Shown here in pieces: positions 12,001 through 19,500 of a stretch of DNA of 64,000 nucleotides. Location of the stretch: positions 1 to 64,000 of the forward strand of contig JAZDKZ010000004.1 of NCBI GenBank assembly GCA_043802485.1. Reading direction: 5' to 3'. The position numbers were made by a program, and so were the translations under genes. The stretch comes from Candidatus Aenigmatarchaeota archaeon (lineage in GTDB: Archaea; Aenigmatarchaeota; Aenigmatarchaeia; Aenigmatarchaeales; Aenigmatarchaeaceae). How positions within the stretch are numbered: the stretch's first letter is position 1; the number at the start of each line of letters is the position of its first letter. The notes beneath the pieces are model-generated. The model was not told where the DNA came from and did not search any database. It was given only the letters and a program-made list of their open reading frames with translations.

Positions 12001-13225
12001 AACGAAGCTGCCATGGATACTGATACTGCTCAGATCAGTATTCCTCAACTGGATAACTTATGTGGTGTTGCTGGGCGGAGTGCCGTCAATAATAATAGGT
12101 CTGAGGTGGTATGCTGCTTACAAGGCGTCCAAGACAGCCAAGGCAAGGTACATAGCGCCGCTGGACTTCAAGGCGCTGCCTCAGGCAGGAGTTGACTCGC
12201 TGCTGGTAGGAAAGATTGCAGAAACCGATGTCAAATCTTACATGCCAATACCGCAGCTGCTTATGCACTCCATAGCAGCAGGAGGAACCGGTTCTGGAAA
12301 GACTGTATCTGCCATGGTGTGCGCAGAGGAACTGCTGAAGAGGAAAGTTCCGATCATAGTATTCGACCCCACAGCACAGTGGACAGGCTTCATGAAGCCC
12401 AACACGCTGAAGCCGATGCTTTCACTCTATTCCAAGTTCGGTCTGAAGCCGACTGATGCGACCAGGTTCAAGACCAACGTCATACTGGTCGAGGACGCTG
12501 ACATGGAGATTGATATAAAGAAGTACATGAAGCCCGGAGAGATAACCGTCTTCGTCATGAACAGACTGTCTGCAACTGACAACGACAAGCTGGTCAGAAG
12601 GAGCATACAGGCCATATTCGACATGAGGCCTCCTGAGTCCAAGGAGATAAAGCTGCTACTTGTCTACGACGAGGTACACAGGCTGCTGCCAAAGTACGGC
12701 GGAAAGAAGGGCTACATTGCCATAGAAAGGGCATGCAGAGAGTTCAGAAAGTGGGGCATCGGCATATTCATGATATCACAGGTACTGCTGGACTTCAAGG
12801 GAGCTATCAGAGCCAACATAGCCAACGAGATACAGCTGAGAACAAAGTATGAGGGAGATATAGGAAGGGTAAAGTCAAAGTACGGCTCTGACTATGCGTC
12901 CAAGGTAACAAGGCTGACCATAGGTACTGGTCTGTTCCAGAACCCAGAGTTCAACCACGGTAGGCCATGGTTCGTCAACTTCAGGCCACTGCTGCACTCG
13001 CCCTTCGCGCTGACAGACGCTGAAGTGGACACCTACATGAAGCTTGACAAGAAGGTCAAGTCGATAGAGGAAAAAATAGCAAAATTAAAGGCCCAGAAAG
13101 TAGATACATATGATATAGAAATAGAGCTGAATATTACCAGGGACAAGGTAAAGACAGCAGCTTTCAAGATGGCCGAAACCTATCTGGACTCGCTAGAAAA
13201 AAGGCTTGAGAGGATGGTCAAATGA
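2..13225 (+). CDS. Giant surface glycoprotein (>4,400 aa, 5'-truncated by the window) with a C-terminal membrane anchor and cytoplasmic HerA/FtsK/VirB4-like (DUF87-type) P-loop ATPase
   Basis: The frame is open from nt 2 (DDQATWTYNGSY...), so the TTG at 161 is not the true start. Very dense N-x-S/T sequons and Ig-like repeats. Hydrophobic segment WILILLRSVFLNWITYVVLLGGVPSIIIGLRWY (~12010-12112), then Walker A GGTGSGKT (12281-12304), VFDP, Walker B LLLVYDEVHRL and REFRKWGIGIFMISQ. Confidence 0.9.
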   Translation, partial: DDQATWTYNGSYIVSGTPGTPTSGTCYVELHNFKCSDIGEDNWFKWQVVNGNPLHAWNSTPIQGPNLTESDVTVILIEGDGYGYNRSSGTNQVRRLAVNVYDDENSSYVSGANVSFWITNDSSSYRLEMLNQTNSLGNASYWFNPDCTHEVGQQDWVAGTIDSCYEDQNATATNYSLTVTGDLIPAFNSPNGAKYLRGEYTDGQNIPMVGNINDECQVDITNAFVNFSSTRNVTTNYCNPITNIGNGTYNCSLNTSGFEPQGWNVRFNVSTDSYNSNDTNETFSLNLRGFWVETKPVLDTDFVYYSYNSTSQQDDGGWGERWVFRVNATDEDNDTMVVKLWVNMSTGAWGQPNTTAMTNSSVQGENVTVTFTVYGWPSYSNPGLGHHAFKFNVSESSVDFAQNINETSNGTLTVEKDDVSFIHIEGANTSVNRSGSNKQHLSLRVYDTDKGNYPTSLFSAQLWATNDMSDNFVTVGTTFVGGYINTTSAQFDPGCTFAIGPQMWKGGTITPSQAYKLTNSSNYSINITTDPLLVNYFEPQGGKLYLKGLQNVTVRTNVTDDCGAVPGATLTFISQQLSASPQNKECVADQTPNGEVVYEGSGNYSCIFRNDTHDSDTWNYGYVNVTVQADKQYYNSSAMNLDTGSYYLSSEPMITIGAPYGASSNAWGDGWTFPVSNIVDPDMAGEIGSTINVSLWLNLTGDWESYGSKICVPSTGNCSGGLLYFDGINFMCNRTYSDVGTNYYKFNITDNFDYNDSDSSSFAITTDPTFALAASIEGDGDNVAREGTNSIYLAAKFSDELQTEINIEGVNATIWITENGTHFMNYTDIQSQADGYFNYSFEPDCQFTSEKQWWYIALNDSCYDVSYTADPDNQSANVIGQLKNFVLDPLESSQFQIGEMLNVTSNITSDCSENISSAVVTHEARPYGASNWVWANRTDGVDNSEFGNYNSTWNTSFLAGGNWSFRINASKADYYSNSTVFTNWTYLNNTPSIAENASVTPNVGGWGDNYTFTIDIEDAQYDNVTCKLFTYTNGAWTYRGSDIVYWGSGTCEVNVTNFTCSDINSTANWFTWEIDDTTPENIANITNVSAPYLTRDNVTINYTHGDGETVNRSGSQTQLLTVRIYDNTTEKYVGSGVPNATGRIFVTKDGLGFDLGTANTTNSSGYLNVYFDPASEYDVGLQNWTGGTYGDSCYYNMNMTQNYSLIVKGDLQNSIIDVLENAVQVGVNGTVTRYNNVTIIMNLYDDQPFAVVNATLNVTFKSLLYGNNFICPEVIEYGSGQYRCTLNSSDINAGWYNVSIGSNKTYYNDANSNDWHVLYIESIPELMAPSILSHNGSTIGGWGETWTAKVNVTEEDQNNATLYVFVKKFTDPDIPASWLQQNQTNYVDNPDMRGPVNKTITLKFSDPGSFQNERVVWQYKFRVNDTNNHGSETAPLNFTVDKDDISIEYISGNGEEVWRNGSATVSLIINVTDIDRGVTASGANVTIYVTTNSSNSSSFDNGVWTNAYTNGSVIYPFPPDCEYSTGEQDWYAKVSDPYYKTNSTNNYTVNIKTFIAMNISYPDGHSFLSESQVPFSARVFDECFNISGATVTFTGKKGASQYSCVPVTDQNNGTYNCSFTTSGRPFEWYDIIMTANKQYYGSYPVANTTTKYNAFFVATNPSVTGLNVNPSSDGWGSLYTFSVQLTDADQNWNNVSLWKSFDNSSWTLKNSSNITPTYGGYLVEFKNRFSCEDYLNATNGTNYYKINVSDMYNYTTESVVKNFTLDVNNITITIDTTNSNSTVRRMGSNSAYLNVIIEDTDYNVGSWRYPTGVNTTIMITRNRTYYDYNMSCDSVSGNCSVNYNPNCSSTADMQYWKAVSNDVCYQVIASQNRSLSVYGQLNVSIVNPQNATIVNRDRTTTFNATVIDDCISDINDSSISWYNSSLNTLATGYNTTWYVPLTYTLGQETVFSNSTKGYYDQDSKNKTIFVYGWSDLTYIGPANGTEYPSGENINIECRVIDTNASQPIPNYNVRFYKNNQSLGNETTNSTGYATAIWYTSGESAGWYNISCFIDDNNTLFYNASAYYKQTWLKLTRPLYITQIRMDGNICQQGVSCHSIYRNDTAGSPYMTNVTVYVKDANIGAAENASVSFYNSTSLLGNCATNSTGWCSLVDYNPHDSVTPNQYVIYINASRGENEDSATNSSIVTVKGIFNVTVASPPDTTNCGGGGLSCPKFNPINLTAIATTENGENITTINPTASWYNETTLIASGLSTLLPQGKVAEQNTGPHEYMILVSKSYFDSSQANVSLNITGLSNVFWISPTVETSYPDTIYPTCRVLDENLGSGIADYEVNFSYKWEPSTTFIYNGTHVSNSTGYASYAFVPEQKGNITFNCTIGDNLTQYYSANSPFDVDVGTFWVKDVDAPQIYSMTILPNDSIEANLNQTNITATVSDNYNIVSVKAMISMPNGTNINQTMNNITIPNASFGNYTAVYSVSYMPPIGGNYSVTIYAKDDVPESNVNTTYAGNFSVWGFINGSVSQCVNNTNDDNLTDCDYQITAPYISQTNNFTFEVRSNFTNLGPSGSYGVNLSHVESPSGSLIYSSQNKTCGIMLVNETCEWNFNVTVPAGTPPGLITTYVNATWKNPDNTIASIQNYTEINVDSNPILDIIETELVKNTPHDKNTYVGNVTVASFGNDEVQNIILSWYGLSGVQNHYNLALYCPLCSVSIVPSEETLLSAGFNFTSDINITVPAGQAPGNYIANLIASSSNAGNDTALLNITIPENKTWTRTPSSFGTVIAPKNTSAVIGNITVRNIGNIKIPFEVTKSGDNGYVRIEGVSWYSFDLEKQVQRNLSISYYVPDFVPDGLYNVTLLIRNVTAYPASQNVTFTLNVTDIPPMIADVLIDPVAFEQGYENVTIEANITDNYAVSQAWVNITPPNGTSFTILMNNPYNDSYNTTYVYPIAGVHQVMICANDTQTLMACTSPINITSSDTTQITIVPNVTIINATNITQNWGQSFAINFSTINVGGSRAFNISSNITYPNNTSAVPYHFVFGTLFRGEASYNETIISVFNATEPGLYYVNLTTNWTNLNNTNNSSVYMLPINVTYNPYIDVLEDEVSEVVRAGTPKTINITLLSIGNDNATNITLSCSSGVVCQNFTLDFSPQNISSMPIGNSTPVNLTFTVPPNYPNGNYNGTINISWSSNYSEPAFYRELPVSILIPANVSWIHDPMQIVKRVKDGTQGLFGQIEVINTGNANMTLNVTINGTIASYITLDNYNITSDYGNSTFIYINYSSPNITYDANYTGFITTNITGTMRENASIKEVSTAVTMFVTPYSVILLYPTQANPVLGVNPYDIIQAQVNITQNSTIINSNATFEVKIFNDTMSTTANISSYNFSAPQNVWLINFIAPNISLEKVYNLNITAHHNDTYYNVRSDIEYEAVVYEDMVAPVIDVDIPVRVPVNSTVAIGANITEPGGLKNMTATMKLPNNAMQNISMLLTSQATDLYTYSVNFSNTSQLGNYTFNMTACDLSGNCNSTSNDFEIYPIVIFSGYTKDIENILEPVIVVNFTFYDYNTTDVRSAFSSNSSSGYYNETIDAKVYDIVIGTSGPAFTNYIKLYNSNISVNYNNSVSFGKVPTVRTSNTVLKGFYVNNTLPSANATLVMDFSECLNSACGFPIIDPNHLGIYRYAGNWTTKVSSTDNSLFSRISNVDHVNSDKSVNLTTLKASVNVSNITGVYVLAEFICGDGECESGYGETTSNCPADCLYVPPTPVPPVSPSGGGGGGGGGAGAGVTTIIKGVGVDIVPLEIKSTLIETTLTPGEEKVFSTDITNNMDDDVTVSIVVEGPVFNLLTVQKPSFRLRGKTTEAVAIKAFAPLTAVPGVYTGDIVVTAGDVVHRTPVTITVRTVLEPLMDVQVKVLNKIVNPGTNLSFETTLLNMGETAEIEDITVTYNIRPLNNQSIIITTSTETLAVENVLTFRRTIEIPEDTPEDKYILDTNVSYWYGNKYASSADDFEVTKLPWILILLRSVFLNWITYVVLLGGVPSIIIGLRWYAAYKASKTAKARYIAPLDFKALPQAGVDSLLVGKIAETDVKSYMPIPQLLMHSIAAGGTGSGKTVSAMVCAEELLKRKVPIIVFDPTAQWTGFMKPNTLKPMLSLYSKFGLKPTDATRFKTNVILVEDADMEIDIKKYMKPGEITVFVMNRLSATDNDKLVRRSIQAIFDMRPPESKEIKLLLVYDEVHRLLPKYGGKKGYIAIERACREFRKWGIGIFMISQVLLDFKGAIRANIANEIQLRTKYEGDIGRVKSKYGSDYASKVTRLTIGTGLFQNPEFNHGRPWFVNFRPLLHSPFALTDAEVDTYMKLDKKVKSIEEKIAKLKAQKVDTYDIEIELNITRDKVKTAAFKMAETYLDSLEKRLERMVK

Positions 13226-15408
13226 TAGGTTTAGTGAACTTCAACAGGCCTCCGGCAAATTTCAAGGAAGCAAAGGACATGCTGCTGCGCCTGGAAGACA
13301 TGTACCGGCTGGCCTCAATATCCGAAAAGGATTACGCAGAGAAGAAGAAAAGGTGCACTGAAATGATCAAAAATACCAAGACGAACAAAGACGCTGACAG
13401 TATTGAGAACAAAAAAAGAGAGAGTGAGAAAAGGGACGTGAAAATGTTCATAGAATCTCTAGAGGAGCAGTTCAAGAATGGTGAGATTAATAAGGAAGAC
13501 TATGAAAATATAAAAAATGTCAATGAGGATAGATTGAAGGAACTTGAAAAAAGTCTTGAAGTGGATTCAAAGAAAAAAGACGAGACAGAGATAAAGCCGA
13601 AGAAGAAAAGAGGCCTCTTCCAAAGACTTTTCGGAGGAACGAAGAAGCCTAAAAAGAAGGAAGAATTAGCCCAAAATACTCCAGAAGAACCGACAGAAGA
13701 AATCAGGACAGAACCGTATGAAGAACTGGAAAGCCAGGATGTGGAAATAAGACTGGACGGAGACACACCGAGGCTGGTGATTGAAGAGCCTCCAAAGGAT
13801 GACGAACTAGTTGACATGAACGATAATGCTTACGAAAACAAAGAACAGGAAGTTGGTGAAGAAAATATGGCCGAAGAAATAAAAGAAGAACCAAAGAAAG
13901 AGGAGAAGCCGAAGAAAAAAGGTTTTCTAAAAAACATATTCGGAAAAAAGAAGAAAGTTCTCACAAAAGACGAAGAGCCTGAAAAATCTCAACAAAAGGA
14001 AGATGTTGCTATAGAAAAAACAGAAGAAAATGAGATAGATTCTAATTCTAGTAGAGTCGGACCAGATATCCCTAAGGAAGAGGAGAAAGCCAAGAAATCA
14101 GAGGAAGAGACAAAGGAAGTAAAGTCAGAAGAGGTGAAAAGGACAGAAGAGAAACCTGCTGAAAAAACTCCGAAAGTCGAGGAAAAGAAGGAAGAGGAGA
14201 AACTCGATATTGACAAGATAGAAGAGGTAACCCCGGAAGTCATCGAAAAGCTCGCAGCCCAGATGGCAGAAGACAGCGGCGGAGTTGTGGAAACCGAAAG
14301 CCCTGAGGATACTGAAGAAAGTATGGTTCTAACAGACAACAAGCTTTCGATAGAAATAGAAAAGCTAAAGGTTATGCTAGAAGCTGTCAAGGATTCAAAA
14401 AAGGCAACTGATGAGACTATACAGAACATATCAGAAAGCATAGGAGAGATAAGGTCAATGGTGATGCAGGCAGACGCCAACTTCAAGACCACTGCTGCAG
14501 ACATGGAAAAGCTGGAGGATGAGGTTTCGGGAATCAAGCCCAAGGAGATAACCAAAAAGTTCAACGAGATGAAGGAAGACAAGGACAAGCTGGAATTGGA
14601 AAAGACCACAAGGAAGGTCGAAGGAAGCTCCAACAAGGTCAACGAGATATATGACATGCTGAAGAGTATAGGGGGCATCGAGAACCTGATAGGTCTGAAC
14701 AGCGACATCCAGAAAAAGCTGAAAGACATAAACGAGGCGATAAAGTACATACAAAGGATAGGCACAAAGACTGAGAAAATATTCATAGACCTGAGCAAGG
14801 GTATGGAGGATTCGGTAATGATAAAGGCCAAGCAGGAGGACTTTGACGACAACATGAAGAACGTCCTGTCTTCGATAGACACGTTGAACATCAGGCTAAA
14901 GGAGTACGTTTCAAAGGAAGATCTGGATGACTTTAAGGAAGAGGTCATTCTGATCAAAAAGCAGATTGATGAGATCAAAAAGGTCCTGCCTGTGGCAGAC
15001 CTCAAGCTGCCAGAGGAGCTGATAAAGCTTAGGAAGGAGAAGGAGGACATAGAAATGTTCTTGGATTCGCTGGAAACACAAGCGATCCAGCATAAAATAA
15101 ACAAAGCAGAATACGAAGAGATGAAAAGGCTGAACGAGAAGAAGCTCGACGGCATAAGAGCAAAGCTGGAAGCGCAGTGGAAAGACATTGAAATTATGCT
15201 TCACCCAGAAGCCGCCAAAAAGGAGGCTGTTCCAATAGAGCCTGAACCAAGAGAGCAGCCAAAGTCGGAGAAAGCAAAGTCTGACGAAGCAAAGAAAAAG
15301 CCCAAGAAAGTAAAGAAGCGGGAGCGCAAAAAAACAAAGAAAAAAGCCAACGGTCTTGAAGACCAAAAGAAAAAAATACTAAAGGACCTTAAAGAATTAA
15401 AGGTATGA
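13222..15408 (+). CDS. Acidic/Lys-rich coiled-coil cytoplasmic protein (728 aa) with three SHOCT/CdvA-like helical motifs and two amphipathic GxFxxxFG motifs
   Basis: ATGA overlap with the giant gene; E/K-rich disordered middle; heptad-like C-terminal half; no TM segment. Confidence 0.8.
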   Translation: MIGLVNFNRPPANFKEAKDMLLRLEDMYRLASISEKDYAEKKKRCTEMIKNTKTNKDADSIENKKRESEKRDVKMFIESLEEQFKNGEINKEDYENIKNVNEDRLKELEKSLEVDSKKKDETEIKPKKKRGLFQRLFGGTKKPKKKEELAQNTPEEPTEEIRTEPYEELESQDVEIRLDGDTPRLVIEEPPKDDELVDMNDNAYENKEQEVGEENMAEEIKEEPKKEEKPKKKGFLKNIFGKKKKVLTKDEEPEKSQQKEDVAIEKTEENEIDSNSSRVGPDIPKEEEKAKKSEEETKEVKSEEVKRTEEKPAEKTPKVEEKKEEEKLDIDKIEEVTPEVIEKLAAQMAEDSGGVVETESPEDTEESMVLTDNKLSIEIEKLKVMLEAVKDSKKATDETIQNISESIGEIRSMVMQADANFKTTAADMEKLEDEVSGIKPKEITKKFNEMKEDKDKLELEKTTRKVEGSSNKVNEIYDMLKSIGGIENLIGLNSDIQKKLKDINEAIKYIQRIGTKTEKIFIDLSKGMEDSVMIKAKQEDFDDNMKNVLSSIDTLNIRLKEYVSKEDLDDFKEEVILIKKQIDEIKKVLPVADLKLPEELIKLRKEKEDIEMFLDSLETQAIQHKINKAEYEEMKRLNEKKLDGIRAKLEAQWKDIEIMLHPEAAKKEAVPIEPEPREQPKSEKAKSDEAKKKPKKVKKRERKKTKKKANGLEDQKKKILKDLKELKV

Positions 15409-15412
15409 TTGA

Positions 15413-15739
15413 ATGATTGACTTGAAGAATATAGATGAGATGGTGAGGAAGATATTTGAGAATTCCTTCGAGATCAGCCTGCTCCAGGACGAGCTGGAAA
15501 GCATGCTGAACGCTATTTACAGAAATAGCGCAGAGTTTGAAAGAGGCAAGCTCTCTAGAAACGCATTCAAGACCAACGAGACCAAGATGAAAAGAAGGAG
15601 CGTCGGAATCATAAAAAGCGTAAAGGGTCTTATAAAAACCAACATAGACCTGTTGGTAAACATGAAGAGCGACATTGAGAAGCAGGACTGTAAGACCAAT
15701 ATCATTACAAAGACGAAAAAGTCTAAAAGAGGCAAATGA
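15413..15739 (+). CDS. Small helical hypothetical protein (108 aa)
   Basis: Co-oriented, 4-nt gap from the upstream gene; motif EFERGKLSRNAF. Confidence 0.75.
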   Translation: MIDLKNIDEMVRKIFENSFEISLLQDELESMLNAIYRNSAEFERGKLSRNAFKTNETKMKRRSVGIIKSVKGLIKTNIDLLVNMKSDIEKQDCKTNIITKTKKSKRGK

Positions 15740-16036
15740 ATGGCTGTAGTCAAAAAATTAAAGCTGAACTCTATAGAGAAGGGTTTGGAGGACATAGTTT
15801 CACTATGCTCCAGGATAAAGATTTCTCAGGAGGAGCTAAGCTACATAGAGCAAAAAGTCAATGAAAACAGAAAGGATTTTTCTGGCGGAACGCTATCCGA
15901 AAGCAAGTATATGGACAAGGAAAAGGATCTGAAAAGAGAGAGCCTTAGGCTATCAAAGAACATAGATTCTGACATCAAAAAGTCAATCAAGAAGATAGAC
16001 TCGGTAAAGCAGACTCTAAACAAGATAGAAATATGA
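15740..16036 (+). CDS. Small helical hypothetical protein (98 aa), possible paralogue of the upstream gene
   Basis: Abuts the previous stop; ISQEEL...DFSGGTLSESKY parallels LLQDEL...EFERGKLSRNAF. Confidence 0.75.
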   Translation: MAVVKKLKLNSIEKGLEDIVSLCSRIKISQEELSYIEQKVNENRKDFSGGTLSESKYMDKEKDLKRESLRLSKNIDSDIKKSIKKIDSVKQTLNKIEI

Positions 16037-16091
16037 AACCTGTCTGATTTGGGTTTAAATAATTTTGCCTTTAACTAGTTCTTGTGTCCGT

Positions 16092-16547
16092 ATGAAAAGG
16101 AAGATTATAAACATAATACTGTTAAACGTGCTGGTTTTTTTCGCGCTCGTATCAATACATGAGATTGCACATCTTGGAGCAGGCTATCTGATGGGCTGCG
16201 AGCACGGGAAGGCCGTTCTCCTAGATTCTGTCTTCAACGGTCCTTACACGGAGATGATTTGCACCAGCAGCCTGAACCAGACCCTAATGCACATAAGCGG
16301 CTTGATAATGACTTCTTGCTTCGGCTTGCTGTTTCTTTCATTGAAATCGCCGGGAAAGAGCATGTTCTTGGTGGTTTTCGGGCTTTCTGTGATTTTCAGC
16401 GCCTTGGACATAGGAATGGCAACCATAGAATCTGCATTATACCCTGTAATGCTGTTCGGCTTTAGCTCGGTGACAGCAGGAGAGTATTTCATAGCTTCTT
16501 CCTACATAAAAAACGACGTGCCATTTGACTGGTTTGGGCTAGAATAG
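16092..16547 (+). CDS. Small multi-pass membrane protein with HExxH (M50-like metalloprotease motif)
   Basis: IHEIAH directly after TM1; about 4 hydrophobic segments; ATG at 16092 preferred over TTG at 16065. Confidence 0.65.
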   Translation: MKRKIINIILLNVLVFFALVSIHEIAHLGAGYLMGCEHGKAVLLDSVFNGPYTEMICTSSLNQTLMHISGLIMTSCFGLLFLSLKSPGKSMFLVVFGLSVIFSALDIGMATIESALYPVMLFGFSSVTAGEYFIASSYIKNDVPFDWFGLE

Positions 16548-16588
16548 CAGATATCTTGATTTTTTTATATAACATTCAATAATCTATT

Positions 16589-19500
16589 ATGGAAAAAGTA
16601 ACTATTTTTGCTTTTTTGGTAATTTTTGTTGCTTCTGCCGTGGGCATATACCTTCTGGGTTCAGGCATAACAGGCATGTTCATAGGCTTTGGGCAGCCTA
16701 CTGACGCCGAGTGGTGGAACGTGTCCTGGAATTACAGGGTAAGAATCGACGTGAACTCCACCCAGTATAGCAGAGACAACTGGCCTATAGAGCAGGAGAT
16801 AAACTTTACAGACATCCTGCCTTCCGGAACCTTTGATATAAACTCAACAAGGGTAATAGAGTATTCCCAGGGAGGCACGGCACTCTACGAAGTGCCCAGC
16901 CAATTCGACCAAGCCAATGATTACAGCGCATCCAACAACGCTTTGGGGACTTTGATATTCATAATGAACGGCACAACCGGTGTCAATACCAACAGAACAT
17001 TCTATTTATACTATGACACTGTAGAAAACGGGGTAAAGAAGGAGGTTTCATACTCTACAAATCTGACATACAGCTGGGACGGCCAGCTGATAACAGTAAA
17101 CAACAGCTTCATGAGACTCTTCATAGACACGAACAGGGAGGAAAACACTTCAGGTATCTACAGGTCACAGGACAAGTATGACAACATCATATTCAGCTCA
17201 GGCAATTCGGAAAAAACCACAGAATATATGGAATATTCCAACGGTACCTACAACATGTCTTTCGACCTTATAGGCAATGCTTCGTTTGTGAACGGCAGCG
17301 TCCGTATCACAGTTGAACAGAATGGGGATGAGATAATATTCGGAAGCCCGTCACAGCAAACAGGAGAAGCCAATGTTACTAAGAAATATTATGTTTACAA
17401 CAACGCAGGCCCGCAGTCAAGGGGTACCTTCATCAAGATTGTGCAGAGAGTGACGAACAGCGAAGCGTATCAAATACAAAGAAACTCAACAATGTCTGGG
17501 GCGCTGGCTTTTGATGTCAACAGGACATTCAATTCGGGTTCGATAAACAACAAGGACGGGAACACTAGCAACCCTTATTCTTGGGCTTGGGCTGTTGGAA
17601 TAGGAGGAGAGCTTGTTGGTGTGATCAATCTTCAGCAGAACGGAACTTCAAACTATTATACAAACGAGAGCAGCTCTTTAAACGGCAGGATAGGCATACA
17701 GCTTGATGACACCAGCATAGCATCTGGCTCTTACATAGAGCAATTTTCTCTGGTTTATTTCGCTGGAGCAGGAGGAGGAGATGCTGTTACAGAGTTCTTG
17801 GGCATAAAGGACAGATTCATCAATCCAGTGGAAATAACACAATCTTTGCCAGAAGTGTGGTATGTTGTCAACACTCCTTCCAGCAATGCCACAATTTTCA
17901 ACAGGAACGAGACCGCCCTTCTAATAGGCAGTGTTGTAAGCGACGACCCTTACAACCTGACAGAGTACATGAATGCAACGATAGACATGGGAACGCCTGA
18001 CACGGGAGACGACCAGACCGTGATCCTTTATGACGACGGCTCGCACGAAGATGGGTCAGCAGACAACAAGGTATTCGCAAACACCTTCGAGATACCAAAC
18101 GATGCGAACGTTACAACATGGTCAGTAAACCTTACAACATTCACAAACTATACAGAGTTCCTCAATTCGACCATGTATTATTTCAACGTGACCGATGTCT
18201 TTGACGTTGGTGTTACAATACTGAATAAAAACCCGATAGAGAACACAATGGTATTTGCTAACATAGATGTCATGAACTACAACCAAAGCCACTATATCGC
18301 AGGCGCCACGATAAACTGTTCCTTTAATTCTACAGATGTTGTTAACAAGACCGACCAGAACAACGGCACCTACTCAGTGAATTTCACTACCCCGAGCGTT
18401 GGCGACTATCTTTTGGTATGCAATGCAACAAAGAACGGCAACTTGGGCAGCAACAACGATACCTTCACTTCTGAAACCGCAGGGACGAATGTGAGCATAG
18501 TCAGCTACCCCTCTGAGATTTCTGTAACGAACGTGAGCCTTTACTGGAATGATAGCTTCTCCATAACAGCGAATGCTACAAACGTAGGCAACGGAACTGC
18601 TTATTCGTCAAACATAAGTCTCCAGCTTTTGGCAGGATGGGACGCAGACTATTTGGTGCAGGACTGTGGAGATGTTTACAAGAACGAGAACTGCACAAAG
18701 GCTTTCAATATTACGGTTCCGAACGGAACAACGCCAGGCAGCTACTACATAAACGTCAGCTCCAACTGGACCAATCCTGACAGCACGCTGGGAAGCAACC
18801 TGACCAGCCTTAATGTGACTGTGGAATCGAATCCTATAGTTGACTTGGAAGAGAACAACATAACAACAGAAGTAGCAGACGGGTATGAAAACTACATAGG
18901 GAATTTCACTGTGCTGTCAATAGGAAACGATGCCCTGCAGAACATCAGCTTTGATTGCTATCAAGGCGAGGTTTGTAATAATTTTACTTTGGAGTTCAAC
19001 CCCGTAAACATATCCGGTATTAGTGTAGGCGAGAACAATTCTGTTGCAGTCAACGTGACTGTTACTCAGGGCTACCCAGTAGGAACGTACAACGGAACTG
19101 TCAACGTGTCTGCCGGGAATGATGGTTACGACATCATAATGATGTACGTCACAGTACCGACTAAAACAAACCTCAGCATAACAGCATCACCTGAAAACTA
19201 CACTGTCTACAATATCACGCAAGCGGACAATCAGACATTTTCATTCGAAGGAATAGCTGAAAATATAGGGAACGGAAGCGCGAGGTATGCCAACATAAGT
19301 CTTCAGGTTCCTTCTGGATGGACTCCCAATTCTAGCTTAGAGAACTGTAATAACATAACAAAGAACGAGAATTGCACAAAGGCTTTCAATATTACGGTTC
19401 CGAACGGAACAACGCCAGGCAGCTACTACATAAACGTCAGCTCCAACTGGACCAATCCTGACAGCACGCTGGGAAGCAACCTGACCACGCTCAACGTGAC

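Noticed and set aside
13989..15188. 399-aa antisense ORF
   Set aside because: Ser/Phe/Leu-rich mirror of the E/K-rich sense gene; a shadow ORF.
18680..19487. Diversity-generating retroelement TR/VR pair
   Set aside because: The single mismatch is C/T rather than adenine-specific, both copies are in-frame coding, and no reverse transcriptase is in the window.
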